A stretch of 62,780 bases of DNA, counting the filler, from Rhabdomonas costata (taxonomy: Eukaryota), in NCBI GenBank assembly GCA_019059605.1. It is 39 parts of 39 records of this genome, joined end to end, with 100 filler letters (N's around TTAATTAATTAA, not from the genome) between each part and the next. Parts side by side here need not be neighbours in the genome. Positions count along the whole stretch, not along the records: positions 11,299 to 12,811 come from JAHMHO010014104.1; positions 12,912 to 14,424 come from JAHMHO010014105.1; positions 14,525 to 16,037 come from JAHMHO010014106.1; positions 16,138 to 17,651 come from JAHMHO010014107.1; positions 17,752 to 19,264 come from JAHMHO010014108.1; positions 19,365 to 20,877 come from JAHMHO010014109.1; positions 20,978 to 22,490 come from JAHMHO010014110.1; positions 22,591 to 24,103 come from JAHMHO010014111.1; 31 more parts are not named here. One strand, written 5' to 3'. The notes below the pieces were generated by a model. It did no database searches, was not told where the DNA came from, and saw nothing but the letters and a program-made list of their open reading frames with translations. Both the position numbers and the translations under genes were made by a program. Below, one piece after another: positions 12,444 through 24,785 of this stretch (its first letter is position 1; every line of letters begins with the position of its first letter).

Positions 12444-15400
12444 TGCGACCTTTCTTTTTGGATTTTGGGAACACGAAAACAAACGTCATCCATACTTGAA
12501 AAATCTCAGATTACAAAAATGGATGTTGCAGTATGCGGGGTGCAGTTACGCAAACAGAGGCCAAAAAAATAGATGGAACGAAAGAGTATTGCATGAAAAA
12601 CCACACATTCTTGAAAAAACTGCTCAGCGAGAAATCCACAGGAGAAAATAAAGAAAATACACAAGCAGCGGCAGGTGCCGGCACCGGGGCGTGAGGAGGG
12701 ATCACACATGACCAAACTGAGACCCATATGGAACCCCCAAAAAGCAAGAAAAATTAGCGCCTGCTAATGACAAGCTACCCCCTCTCCTCCCTTGCACATG
12801 CGGTTGGCAGGNNNNNNNNNNNNNNNNNNNNNNNNNNNNNNNNNNNNNNNNNNNNTTAATTAATTAANNNNNNNNNNNNNNNNNNNNNNNNNNNNNNNNN
12901 NNNNNNNNNNNTGTGTTGGGTGGTGTTGGATATTCTGTTTTTACCGCCAAACCGTAAGTACTTTACGGTGTAACCTGCTTTATTAAGTGTTGGGGAACTG
13001 CCACGGTTTCCTCGCATTGCTAACGCTGCTGTCCAGGCGAAGCACTCTCTCTACAATTAAGAACGCGCAGCACTGAAAAAAAAAGGAAAGTTGATCGAGT
13101 TACGTTCTGGCATTCTTCACAGCTACGGGCGATGGTTCCTAAAAGTCTGAATGGTTGTTTCGACGAATGCCGCATTAGTGATTCTACTACCGTTTCTCCG
13201 GGTAATCCGGTTTCTTCAAGGGTCCGAAAAAGGAAAGCCCGCGAATGGTACGGATACCTTTGGGATAGTTGTCCGGGAGGGCGGTGCAAATGAACGATGC
13301 AGGGCGGCCAGAATCGCCGAGGGTCGTCCGTTAGATACGCCTTTTTTTTGGCAAGCGGAAACGGAAACATGAACCAAACGTCTTTTTAGCTTTAGAGAAA
13401 AAGGATGTCAGGCGAATAACGGAACAACTTCCGACAGCTAACATGACCCTTTCCATACCAAAGAAGTCCTCTTCTTGGGCCCCCATGTTTTCTGGGCAGA
13501 GGGAAATATCCTCGAAGTACCGTTGCGTCATTCACGCTTCAGGGAATCCCCTCTTTGGCAAGGCCCACTGCTCAGCGGTACCCCGCCGCGCGTGCTACCT
13601 CCTTCCCTTATCAAGCCCACACCGCCGCCTGAGCCCAAAGTGAAGCCCTTCGCCCCGCTTTGTGGTGAAGGGGGAGGAGGAGGTGCTGGTGTGTATGCAT
13701 TGCTTGGTTCCCCTGTCGCGTTGTGCCGTGGAGCGGTCCAAGCTTCTGGGTACCTAACCTCCGAGCATTTATTTTGACTTCCAATCCCATCGCCCTGGTT
13801 CAGGGAACCGCCCCCCACCCACACGCACACGCGTAAGATGTCCCGAGGAAATTGCTTGAGATGACGATAATCACGTTTCTATCTTGAAGGGAAGGGAAGG
13901 CTGCGAAGCCGAAGCTGCTCATCCTCCCATTCTGCGTAGGCTTTTGAAATGTTCTTTCCCTCGAATGGGAGCGCCACTGACCGAAGCTGTGACTTTGGAG
14001 GGAGCGTCAGTGCTGCTTTCTTCGGAACATGATGCAGAAGCACTTTCATACGGGACGAAACTTGAAAAAGTCCGTGCCTGGTGAGTCCTGATCAATCGCG
14101 CTCAGCGGGAAGATCAGTTGCACTGGAGGTACATTATGTGGTTGGATACACCTCAGAACCCTTGCTTTTGATCCCTGGTCACGCGTCATGGAAAGGTGCT
14201 GAAGCCCCTCGGTCTTTTTCAGCACTCCCAGGACTTCCCTGGAAAATTCGCAGCTCTTAATTTTGAGGTTCAGAATGCCATACCCGGCTTCTTTTTGGCA
14301 GCCACTCATATGTGTTCACGGACCGACTGGGAAGATGGCTGCAATGCACCAGTGTCCAAGCGCTTTCATTGCAATGCATTGTGACGTTGCATAAGTGAAC
14401 TGCCACACCCACCCCCCCCACCACNNNNNNNNNNNNNNNNNNNNNNNNNNNNNNNNNNNNNNNNNNNNTTAATTAATTAANNNNNNNNNNNNNNNNNNNN
14501 NNNNNNNNNNNNNNNNNNNNNNNNATGCAATATCGGTGTTGTCTGCAATGATTATAACAAGTAATTAGAGCTCTTGGTTCCTATTGTTGAGGTCATGGAT
14601 AACCGCACTGATACAGTTCACAACTGAGGCGTGCTTCTAGTAGCTTGACTTGTATGCTAAGATTAGAAGCTTTCAGTTGGGAAACTTAACGACTGAAAAC
14701 GGCGTCCAAAAAGAGTAGACGCTTGCCGCTGTAGCAAAGGGTTGTTGGTGCATGTTTTAATTGATGCGGCCTAAACTGTGAATACAGTGTGTGTTTTCTC
14801 AGCTAGCGTATATAATGACTGCATGGCACCGGAAATTGGATTCTGTGGTGCACCCTGGCGCTTGCATTGGATGTGGTTACAGACAAATGATAAAAAACAC
14901 CTTTGCAAAGCACAAAACAACATAAGTATCGTTTTCTCAAAATAATAATGCATTTCAATTCAAAAGCGCATTAAAGTGGCTGATCTGTAGATTAGAATGA
15001 AATTGTACATTAAATGTGTATCGAACCAGAAGATATATGTAAAACTGCATCTACAAAACGTGTAAAGTTTGTTATTGGCGCGATAATATTTTGATTTGCG
15101 TTGTGTGCGAATGTATTGCGAAGCGTTTTTTAGAATCAAATTGTGCGTTAAATGTCCGAAAACCTCCACCTGCTTCCACGGGTACCTCGGGCTCCGATAT
15201 CTTCACGCTGCGAAATATGCCTCGCACCGAGGACAGTCATTTGGTCCTCGATGCGGCCATCGATAACATGGGGCAGCAACTCGGGGCGCTTGCCTTGAAT
15301 GTCGAGGCCATTGAGCACAAACAAAGCTATGCGCCATCTTTTCCCCTCCGCCGCCAACCTACCATCAAAATGTCACACCAGAGGCTCTTCAACGTCTCTC

Positions 15401-17523
15401 GACAGACCCTAGCTTCCCGCCATGATCCCTACTCTTCTTGACAAAGCTCAACAAGCACGGGTGCAGGAATCATACGCACATGCTCTCGCCATACAAAACC
15501 AGGAGGTGGCCACACAATCATCTTTCAATTTGCCCACATTCGCATCCCATGCTATTACTCCTGGCTACGTCTCTCCTGTTGCCGTGCACCAACAGTCCTT
15601 AACCACGCATCACTACAAGGGCTACTCCCAAATGCACCAGCACACTCAGCCTGTGTTTTACATCCTTCTGAATAGTCATCTACCTCCGGTATCCCTGCTG
15701 CACATGCGAGACATCTCGCGTTTCGTCGACTATGGCGTCCGCGTGTACTCATGAAATGCGTCCTCTGGGATGCTTTCTGTTTTTGTGTTTACCCATGGAA
15801 AGCCGTGCCGCGTGTGCCACTCCATGCAATGGTCGTGGAAGTGCCCGCTCCTGACGTGTCCCATAGTTGCCCCACGGCTCCGCCTCTGCCATCCCTCCAC
15901 TCACCGATCAGAGTGGGACACGCCGCTGTGCCCCACTCCGCTTAACTTCCAACGGCTCTCCTTCTTACTCTCCCATTGCACCACAACAATTCACTTGTAT
16001 CACTTTACTCCACCACCACCCCACACACACCCACCACNNNNNNNNNNNNNNNNNNNNNNNNNNNNNNNNNNNNNNNNNNNNTTAATTAATTAANNNNNNN
16101 NNNNNNNNNNNNNNNNNNNNNNNNNNNNNNNNNNNNNGTTGGGTGTGTGGGGAGGAAATTACCACCTGACCAGCTTACCAAAACCCGCTGACCATGGTTT
16201 CGAGTGCTTCCGGGAAATACGAAATTATTTAACAGCTGACAAAACTCGATTATAAAAGGAGCCATCACTATGGAAAAAATGGACAATAATTCACCTTCTC
16301 GCGTGCAAACGCTTCTCAGGTCCTGTTCCCTCCCGATAATGATTGGTTAGCACGAAGCGTTTTGAAAATACTCCACTTCCGCCGACAATGGCGCCTGGGC
16401 CATATTTTGGGCTCGTTTTTCGCCTGTTTTCGGCCCATTTCTGACCCATTTTGCTTGGCTTTGCCCCATTTTAGGGCATTTTTCACCAAAAAAAAAAGTC
16501 GACCCCCCACACCCGGAAACTCAGAAAATGGTATGTGACGGTTTTCCATTTGAAGTCTTTTTAGCCTGTAGAAATGCCGCTGTCTGGGGGACATGTTATG
16601 TGATGGACACGGAAAGTTTTCTTGAAGGTGAAACTAAAAGGCAGTTAGATATGGGGTGCTTCGAATAGACCACTGCGCCGAAGGCGCGATCTTTTTCGGG
16701 TGATTCGGTGATTGTGTTGAACTTTTGAAGTGAATTGTGTAACCTGCTGTTTGAGAAGTTAGGTAAACATAGGGTTTAAACACAGCCATGTGGCATGGTG
16801 CTGTTTTGAGTTTACGGTGTAATGTACTTTATTTATCAGGAATTAGTAATATTCGAATCAAAATTTCTAAAACTACGCCGAATTCCTCTTTGTGGGGGAG
16901 GGTTTCGGCGGGCCTGGCGAAAGCGGTGGGGAGGCAGCTGAGTCGGGGGGTTGTGCTAGACGACCTAGACTTATAGGTCGCCGGGGTGGGTGGGTTGTGA
17001 ATAGCGTGCACTGATTTTGTAAAAACTTACCATGTCGACGTTTTCGCCCTCTTGTCCAACTGCCGGGCAAACCACTGTGCACCGCTCCTCTTTCTTCGTC
17101 CTTCCGGTCGTTTTTGTGATTAGACCCCACGCAGCACTGAGCACACAGGCCCGCCTCCCCCCTTCCATCATTTGTTACCCTTCTGATATCTGTGTTCCTC
17201 ACTCTGTCTTCCGGGTTCATTTGTTGCCTTTGCACCCCTTGGAATCACACCACATCCACGGCGCGTGTTCTCCGTGTTTTTCTTTCTAGTTTCCCTCTAT
17301 GATCATTTGACCTCCACGCATTCTCCACCGATCGCTTTTCCTTCGTTGCCAGTGTAAGTTATTGCATTGCCTATGGCCCGGACCATGAACAACCTGTGCG
17401 CTGCTGCCGTGACCTCATTTCTCAAAAAAAAAAAAAACTGCGCTGAATATCCGTCCCCAAGGCAAATCCGAAATGAGGAACTCGCTCTCTTTTTGGTGTG
17501 CCGTAGAGCTGCCCGGCGCGGGC

Positions 17524-17620
17524 ATGTCTGGGCTTGCTGGAGGCTCCAAGCTCGCCAATACCACCCACGATGAGGCCATCGATGTCGACGACAACGACCA
17601 TGAGGTCAGCAGCAACGAAG
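17524..17620 (+). CDS. first coding exon, possibly intraflagellar transport protein IFT46 N-terminus
   Basis: MSGLAGGSKLANTTHDEAIDVDDNDHEVSSNE resembles the acidic N..HDE(A/E)V motif recalled from protist IFT46 N-termini. Polypyrimidine-AG at 17506 upstream and GT donor at 17621. Confidence 0.4.
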
Positions 17621-18301
17621 GTGTATCCCATCCCTATTCCACCAAACCCCCNNNNNNNNNNNNNNNNNNNNNNNNNNNNNNNNNNNNNNNNNNNNTTAAT
17701 TAATTAANNNNNNNNNNNNNNNNNNNNNNNNNNNNNNNNNNNNNNNNNNNNTGTGTTGTGTGTTTGGTTGGTTGTTTCTGCTTCATGTTTCTGCTTGCTT
17801 GGACTTGTTCTTTTTTCAGTGGGGGTTCGAAATGTTCGAAATAGGTGGGCGCATTGGTTTTGACCCCTTCCATGCGACTTTGTGGCGGTGGTGCTCTCGC
17901 ACCGTGAGCAGGTAGTGCCACTCACAGTCTAGAAGGGGGTAGTAACATCGGCACACATGCCCACACGGTGAGGCATGTCATGCCCTGCATTTCGTGTATG
18001 CGCACAGTCGAGGGCGAATGCCCACTGGGCAGTCTGGTGTAAACTGCAATTGATTGGGCTGCCTCATGAATGATGAGTTGTTTGCATTTTTTTTTCAGAA
18101 CTTGGAATGGGCACATGGCGGTCGCTTTTCTGTGCTCTTGCTCTTTCTTCTCACTGCAAGGCGAGAAAAGGGATGTCAGGTGACTTTGTTTTTTCTCTTT
18201 AGAAGGAGGACGCCTGTGTCTGCTTTCTGTTTCATTCCATGATGTGTTGTTGTGCGCTTCCGTGCCACCTGCGCCATCCCCCGTCAACCCACCACGCACA
18301 G

Positions 18302-18429
18302 GGCAGGCTCTGCTGCTGACCATTTTGTCGGAGTGCTGCGTCGCCCACGACCTGTCCATGTACCATAGGCTGGAGATGCCCTCGCTGCTGACCAGCTTGT
18401 GCTGCCCCCTGCTGTGGAGTGCCCTGCAG
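18302..18429 (+). CDS. isolated internal exon, hypothetical (QALLLTILSECCVAHDLSMYHRLEMPSLLTSLCCPLLWSALQ)
   Basis: CAG acceptor, CAG|GTGTGC donor and strong GC3 bias. Confidence 0.6.
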
Positions 18430-18552
18430 GTGTGCGTAAGGATGTGGAAGATGGCTTTGCCCACAACCGCTACCCCCTCCCCCCCTCCAGAGGACAGTTC
18501 TTCATTCCAGCGACACCCTCGCCCTCGGTACCTCGTTCACTCCTTTGAACTT

Positions 18553-19264
18553 GTGTCGCAGTTATCATTATTGAAAACCGAGCGAAGGTTAGCAACAACG
18601 TTAAGCAGGTACCGCTTTTGGGCATCTAACTGTCTGTCTCGACCACATGGAACCCTTGGGCACGCCGCTAGCAAAAGAGGGATGTTCTGGCAGGGGTGCC
18701 TTTTCAGTGTATTTACGAATATAAAGAAATAAAGAAAAAAATGGAAAGAAAACCCTAGGAGGGGAGAAGGAGGGGAAGCCAGGGATGAGCAGCAGAGAGT
18801 GTAGGTCCTCCTCGGCATCAGGGTTCCAGCTCAGCACCAGCACCAGCCCCTGCGGGAGCACGGTCAGCCCCACGACGACGCCCACGGCCACGGCGGAGCC
18901 CAACACCGCCATCGGGGGCACCACGGGGCACCCACACGGAGGTTGTGGCTTTGGCCTGGGCCGGTCCTGCACCTCAGCCTGTGCCTCCTAAAACGCACCC
19001 ATCGGAAAACAGAGCGGTCCAGAGGCAGCCTACATATTCGCACCCACCAAACGAGCTTCAATACACGGCATAACACAACAGGAAGTGCGAAGAGGATCAG
19101 AAAGCACAAACCCTCAAAGACTGATTCAAGGACAAGGGACAGGACGCACGGCTGTGCAAAAAAGGGGAGCTTGCGTTTGACAGAGAATTAGATGCCCAAA
19201 AGCGGTACCTGCTTAACGTTGTTGCTAACCTTCGCTCGGTTTTCAATAATGATAACTGCGACAC
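18553..19264. repeat. 77-bp perfect inverted copy (18553-18629 vs 19188-19264) ending at the contig end
   Basis: Reverse-complement match seen directly, with an imperfect ~9-nt extension toward the loop. Confidence 0.93.
18783..18987 (-). CDS. isolated exon with a hydrophobic segment, hypothetical
   Basis: TTTAG acceptor, then EAQAEVQDRPRP...AVLGSAVAVGVVVGLTVL with GC3 bias. The 3' boundary is unclear. Confidence 0.4.
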
Positions 19265-19367
19265 NNNNNNNNNNNNNNNNNNNNNNNNNNNNNNNNNNNN
19301 NNNNNNNNTTAATTAATTAANNNNNNNNNNNNNNNNNNNNNNNNNNNNNNNNNNNNNNNNNNNNTGG

Positions 19368-19490
19368 TGTGAATTTTTCATTGGAAATTTATATAGCGTC
19401 GCCATAGAATTCTGAATATTTTATGGCGCTGCTATAAAATATTCAGAATTCTATGGCGACGCTATATAAATTTCCAATGAAAAATTCACA
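19368..19490. repeat. perfect 57-bp hairpin at contig start, probable amplification fold-back
   Basis: 19368-19424 is the reverse complement of 19434-19490. Confidence 0.95.
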
Positions 19491-19845
19491 GCATTGCAAA
19501 AAAGGGGAATAGAGAGTTCCTACTTTCCCCCCCCCCCAGGCACGAGGTTGTGGAGCAGCTTAGGCGCTTTTGCTAGTCGAGCGGATTCATGCGACCCACC
19601 GAGGTCGCCTTTGGACCCTCCCGCTGCAAAGTCCGCATTGAGCGACATGGCCCGGAACAAGAAAACCAATTTTGCCCTCTTTGTCACCTCGTGTCCACGG
19701 GGCTGTGGCTAAGGAGGAAGCCGCGACCTTTTTGGACAAGCTCATCGGAGTCGTTTGCATGCGGTGCGGGCGGGTGTCCCGACTTGGTCTTTTGTCTCCT
19801 CAAGTCCTTTGGATTTTTCTCCCCGGTGCTTGCTTGATTTCGGCA

Positions 19846-20173
19846 ATGTTTTCTCGAACAAGTCGCACACGGACTATTGTGGAAGGCGACCGAGTGGTGC
19901 TCTACGAAGGTAGTATTGTCTTTTGGTTTTTTTAGCTCACAAATATCCCTTTCTTCTGCAAGGTTGGTTTTCAAACGTTCAGCTCTAACAAAGCACTCCC
20001 CGCGTAAACCGGGTGCCGGGACTTTTGAAGTATGAGCCTTGCGTTTCCTTCGCTGCTTGTCTCCAGGGTATCTTCACATGAAGAACATAGTGGTTACTTC
20101 CGGTGCAACCTTCTGCGTCCGGGCAAAGACTTATCACCACAATGACGTCATTGGTCTACGCTTTGGCGCGAAG
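19846..20173 (+). CDS. TRM61: tRNA (adenine-58-N1)-methyltransferase catalytic subunit, N-terminal exons (19846-19909, 20067-20173)
   Basis: Spliced peptide MFSRTSRTRTIVEGDRVVLYEGYLHMKNIVVTSGATFCVRAKTYHHNDVIGLRFGAK matches the Gcd14/TRMT61A N-terminus pattern (I.EGD.V..Y...M...V..G........H.D.IG..FG.K). Phase-1 GT-AG intron. Confidence 0.85.
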
Positions 20174-20977
20174 GTGTGCGATAATAACGCTCGTTTTGTT
20201 TTGTAAAAGTTGACTTGCCGAAGGCGTGCCTTGTCAGAGACATTTCATCAATATTTTGAACTATACCCCAGTTTGTGCTGCCTGTTTAATCTCTGGGGTG
20301 GCCTGGCCCCAGTATAGCCCACTGCTGTGAACCGTCGGCACCCGTTTGTGTTGTGAAGTTGACTGCAACTCCATTAAGAACCTCTTTGGAAAGACTTTGA
20401 AACTCGCCTGAAAACTGGGTCGTTGTATTAAAAATGGATCGGCATACTGATGGATTAGCCATGGCTTTTTCGTTAAGATAAATCTTCTCTCTTTGCACCT
20501 GCATTCTTTTGATTCGGCCTGTTGCATTGGAAAGAAGTTTTTGCACAAGAGAGTTGCATCGAAGACAGAAGCATTCGGGAAAGCTCGAAGATTATGACAA
20601 GAATGTCCCAAGTGGCGGAATTCAATGAAAGTGACTTCTTCAAAAGAAGAAATTCGACTGCATCGAAGGATGTTGTTTGCGAATTCTCTGGACGAGTTTT
20701 TCGGTAAGAGTGGTCCTTTTGTTGGATTAGGGTTTTGCTGCAGACGAAAGGGGATGGTAACAGGCTGATCAAAACGTTTGGCCTTTGATTTCCTTTGTTT
20801 GTGCTTGTTTTGGTTGTGCGTTGTAATTATGTTGCAAGGGAGAAGCGCGAGCGCGAAAGATCCGGCGCAAAACCCACNNNNNNNNNNNNNNNNNNNNNNN
20901 NNNNNNNNNNNNNNNNNNNNNTTAATTAATTAANNNNNNNNNNNNNNNNNNNNNNNNNNNNNNNNNNNNNNNNNNNN

Positions 20978-21910
20978 GGGTGGGGGGATCAGGACCACCC
21001 CAGCCTCGTCCTTATCCCCGGCACCATCCCCGAGCCTCTCTGCCAGCGCTTCTGGCCCGACTGCGGGTCTCTCAGCCCATCCACAGGGCCTTCCTGCTAA
21101 GGAAATCCCGGCACCGGGAGGCCCAGGTGGGGAAACTGCGGGCACCGATGGGATAGCTGCTGAGTCTGCTCCCGCTGGAGTCTGTGGTTCTGTGGATGGA
21201 GCTGACGCACCTGGCGCCACGCAGGACCGCGGTGTGGAGGGGGCTGTGAATCCAGAGGCGATATCGGAGACGGCCTCTCCTGAGGAGCTTCCCAGGTATC
21301 CCTCGACGGCGGCTTCCCCGGCAGGTACAGGTGGGGTCGCCCCGGTGGGGGCGTCTGCCGGGCTTTTCGGGGGAGAGGGAATCTCGGGACGGGTAAGGGA
21401 AGGCATTCAAAATGGAGCAAAATGGAGCCAAAAGCACATCCCCTAACAGACATCTCTGAAATTTCCATGTGAGCCTTGCAGCTGGCTCTGCGAATGAAGA
21501 GAGCAGATGTGGTTGGGGAACATTCGCCATTATCCTGGAAATCCTGGAGAGATTAAAGCGAGAAGGAGCCAATATTTCTGGAAAGTTGCCAGTCGCCGTT
21601 CGGCTGGAAAAAGTGTCCATTTTCCAACATCACAGACAATGTGCATCATCTCAGGTTGGAGCAAAATCAACCCACCAACCTGCATTCTGGGCATCAACAC
21701 GGTCCAGGATGTCACTGCTGGGCCGGACGCCTGCGGGCCCGCGGCAATGCTCACCAGCTGCACCGCCAGCTGTAGGGCCGCTATTACGCTGTACACCTGG
21801 TTGAACAGCCACCCGCAGACGTGGAACCGAAACTGCAGGGCCATCGCGGTCGGAGACAGCGCCATTGGGGTGGACAGAGGCAAAGGCAAAGACAACAGCT
21901 GCAACAGCAA
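20978..21910 (-). CDS. hypothetical protein with a Pro/Ala/Ser-rich region (exons 21910-21680, 21382-<20978)
   Basis: Phase-0 GT-AG intron gives LMPRMQ|IPSPPKSPADAP; both exons are open. Confidence 0.55.
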
Positions 21911-23329
21911 CTGAAAAGGATGCTACACAAAAAGGGAAGGTGCAGCAGCCCAGCCACAGCTGCCGACGTCGGCACACCGTGAGGATGCGACCCTAGTGAG
22001 AACGAGGTATTGCCTCATGGGGTGGCCAAGATCATGGCTTCAAACCCAGAAGGTTTCTGAGAGTGAGGCGAAGTGAGATGAACACTTACAGAAATGTCAA
22101 AGATGCCGAAAAAGGCAGGTTCCAGATGAAACCACCACACAAAGACGAATGAAAATGAAACCATACTGAATCAGCATATTCTGCCTGGAGCACACTTCGG
22201 CGCACATTATCAGGACGCCCTACGGCAATACTGACATCCGATGGCAGCCAGAAACCAGTCAGAAAAAGGGACACAGCAGACGAATGAGTGAAGACAAACA
22301 CGGCGGTCCTCATCCGACACTCCCGTAACAAAAGTGTACAAACGGCACCCGCCTTCATCCACATCCTCGCATGTGCATGGAAAGGGAACAGAGCGGGTAC
22401 CCAAAGCTCTACAGCCCGTTTTCAGGGCTTCAATCCTCTAGAACACCTTTCACACCGTCCACGGGTAACGGGGACACTCTACCCCCAACANNNNNNNNNN
22501 NNNNNNNNNNNNNNNNNNNNNNNNNNNNNNNNNNTTAATTAATTAANNNNNNNNNNNNNNNNNNNNNNNNNNNNNNNNNNNNNNNNNNNNCAGAGGCACA
22601 GAAGCACAAAAGAGCCGAATCTATGAGTGGGAGGCTTCTAGGAGAGCCGCGCTGGCAGACAAAGGAAACAGGCGCACGGAGGCTTAGGGAAGGGAAGAAA
22701 ATTGGGTGCTTGGAGGGGGCAAAAAAGATCTCGCGTCAAGGCGCGGGTGGCGAGAAAAGGCCAAAGCCCACCACAGCAACGCACGGGGAGAATATACGCA
22801 TAAGCCGGAAAGACAAAGTCAAGAAAACAGGCAGCCAGGAGGGTGCAACTGCGTTTACAATGGTGGCGACCGCCAGAAAACAATGCGCAAGGCGGCCGGA
22901 GGCAAAAACAGAAACAGTGCAGAATATTCCGGGGGGGTGACGGAAAAGCCTGCCGGCCGGCAGGGTGGAAGGGTGAATGCGAATGCGGGCATGTGTGGTG
23001 TGGTCCTGCGTGTCGCCCTTTCGGCGTGCAATGCTGCGGGGCTGTCTACTCGTCAAATTCGTGTCTGTTCCAGTGTGTGAGAGCGTGTGCCATTATGTTG
23101 GCTGGTGTACGTGCTTGTCCCGACGGCTGGCGCTGGAACGTGGTGTCGGACGATGAAACGATGCCAACCCAGGCGCATAACTTCATGGGCGTTCCATTAC
23201 TACTGTGATAAACTGGGATGATCGTCGATACGTAGAAGACCCATCGAATGCTTTGCAGAGTTGATTCACACTGTCAGCGCTGCTACCATGCATGGTAATT
23301 CAAGTTCCACACAGTGGGATGCCTGAGAC

Positions 23330-24103
23330 ATAAAAATGACACAAAAAGTGCAAATATCACAATAATTCCACATACTGACACACACAGAACCATTACCGTC
23401 ACGACCGCTATCAAAGAAATACCAATTTTTGTCACACCCACCTCTCACCCTCGAACGCAGAACCCACACCAACATCTCCAAACCCCCCACATCCACGCAA
23501 GAAGACAGACCCAAAGTAGACACCAGCACCACACTCACAAGCAACCACACGCATGCAACCCCGAGACCTCGGCACACCTTCCAACATCACTCCATCACAC
23601 AACACAACGCGACACCAGGAGCCCAAGTACCACCACTAACCACAGCACACCTGCAGCCAACGTCTAACCAAACGACGTCATCACAACCAACCACCCACAG
23701 ACACACAGAACCCACCGTCACCACCAACACCAACATAAAGCCAAAGGTAAACAAAGATACACAAACACTAAGATGCAAACCACCACCGAAGCTCCAACCA
23801 CATCGAGAATACCAGTATCATCATCAATCATACGACACATACCACGCAACCCACCAGCACCATCAACGCCAACAGCCACAAATTGAACCCAACCAACGTG
23901 ACACCAACCACACAGCAGACCTTCAATGCAATAACCACAGACACCACACAGCACACAACCATACGGCCCAAAGTTATCACAAGCACCACAACAGCCATGC
24001 CAGAAACAACTCCAACAACAGTGACACTACCCATACCCAACACCACACCCAACACGACCAACTCTACAAATCCTACACCACACCTACACCTACAACAACA
24101 CAA
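23330..24103 (+). repeat. C/A-rich low-complexity tract (Thr/His/Pro-rich, mucin-like translation, frames broken)
   Basis: Strong C+A strand skew; Thr-rich translation switches between frames. Confidence 0.6.
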
Positions 24104-24785
24104 NNNNNNNNNNNNNNNNNNNNNNNNNNNNNNNNNNNNNNNNNNNNTTAATTAATTAANNNNNNNNNNNNNNNNNNNNNNNNNNNNNNNNNNNNNNNNN
24201 NNNGTGGTGTGGTGGGCGCTTAAGGGAAACACTGACAGGGAAAAGATAGGGAACAACGGGGCGCCATCCCTTCAAGTTAGGAATCGTCCTTGAGAAATGT
24301 TGATACTGAGTTCAACTAAACTCCGTTTCGGAGTGGAAAAGGGTGCACCTCAAGGAACTTCTCAAGGCCACCTCTTTATCACATTTATATATTCATATGA
24401 CACACACTCTGATTTGTGAATGGATTGGCATCCATTCGTGTAGTCCAGGGAGATGTTTTTATCTGATGGTCCAGCGTGTTCCACTGCCTCGCAGCTGGCG
24501 GCGTCCGTGTCCCTCCGGGTTTCACCTCATTCGCTCCAACTCATTCAGCCTTTGCGGTAGCTGGTTCCGGAGCGGATTGCGGCTTCCTGTTGACTATTTT
24601 TGGGCGCCAGCGGTAAGATGGCTATCCGGGTTCCATTGCTCCACCAGGTCCTCATTCCTCATGTCCTATGTGCTGTCCATCTGCTCCACGTTCGTCGATA
24701 ACGAAGTGGATAGCCTGCCTTTCATGTTCGAGTTTATCCCGCATGACACATACACAGAGATAACAAACATATAACAGGCACGCAC

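Noticed and set aside
20261..20772. ORFs downstream of TRM61 exon 2 as a retroelement remnant
   Set aside because: No convincing RT or endonuclease motif in any frame; treated as intron sequence.
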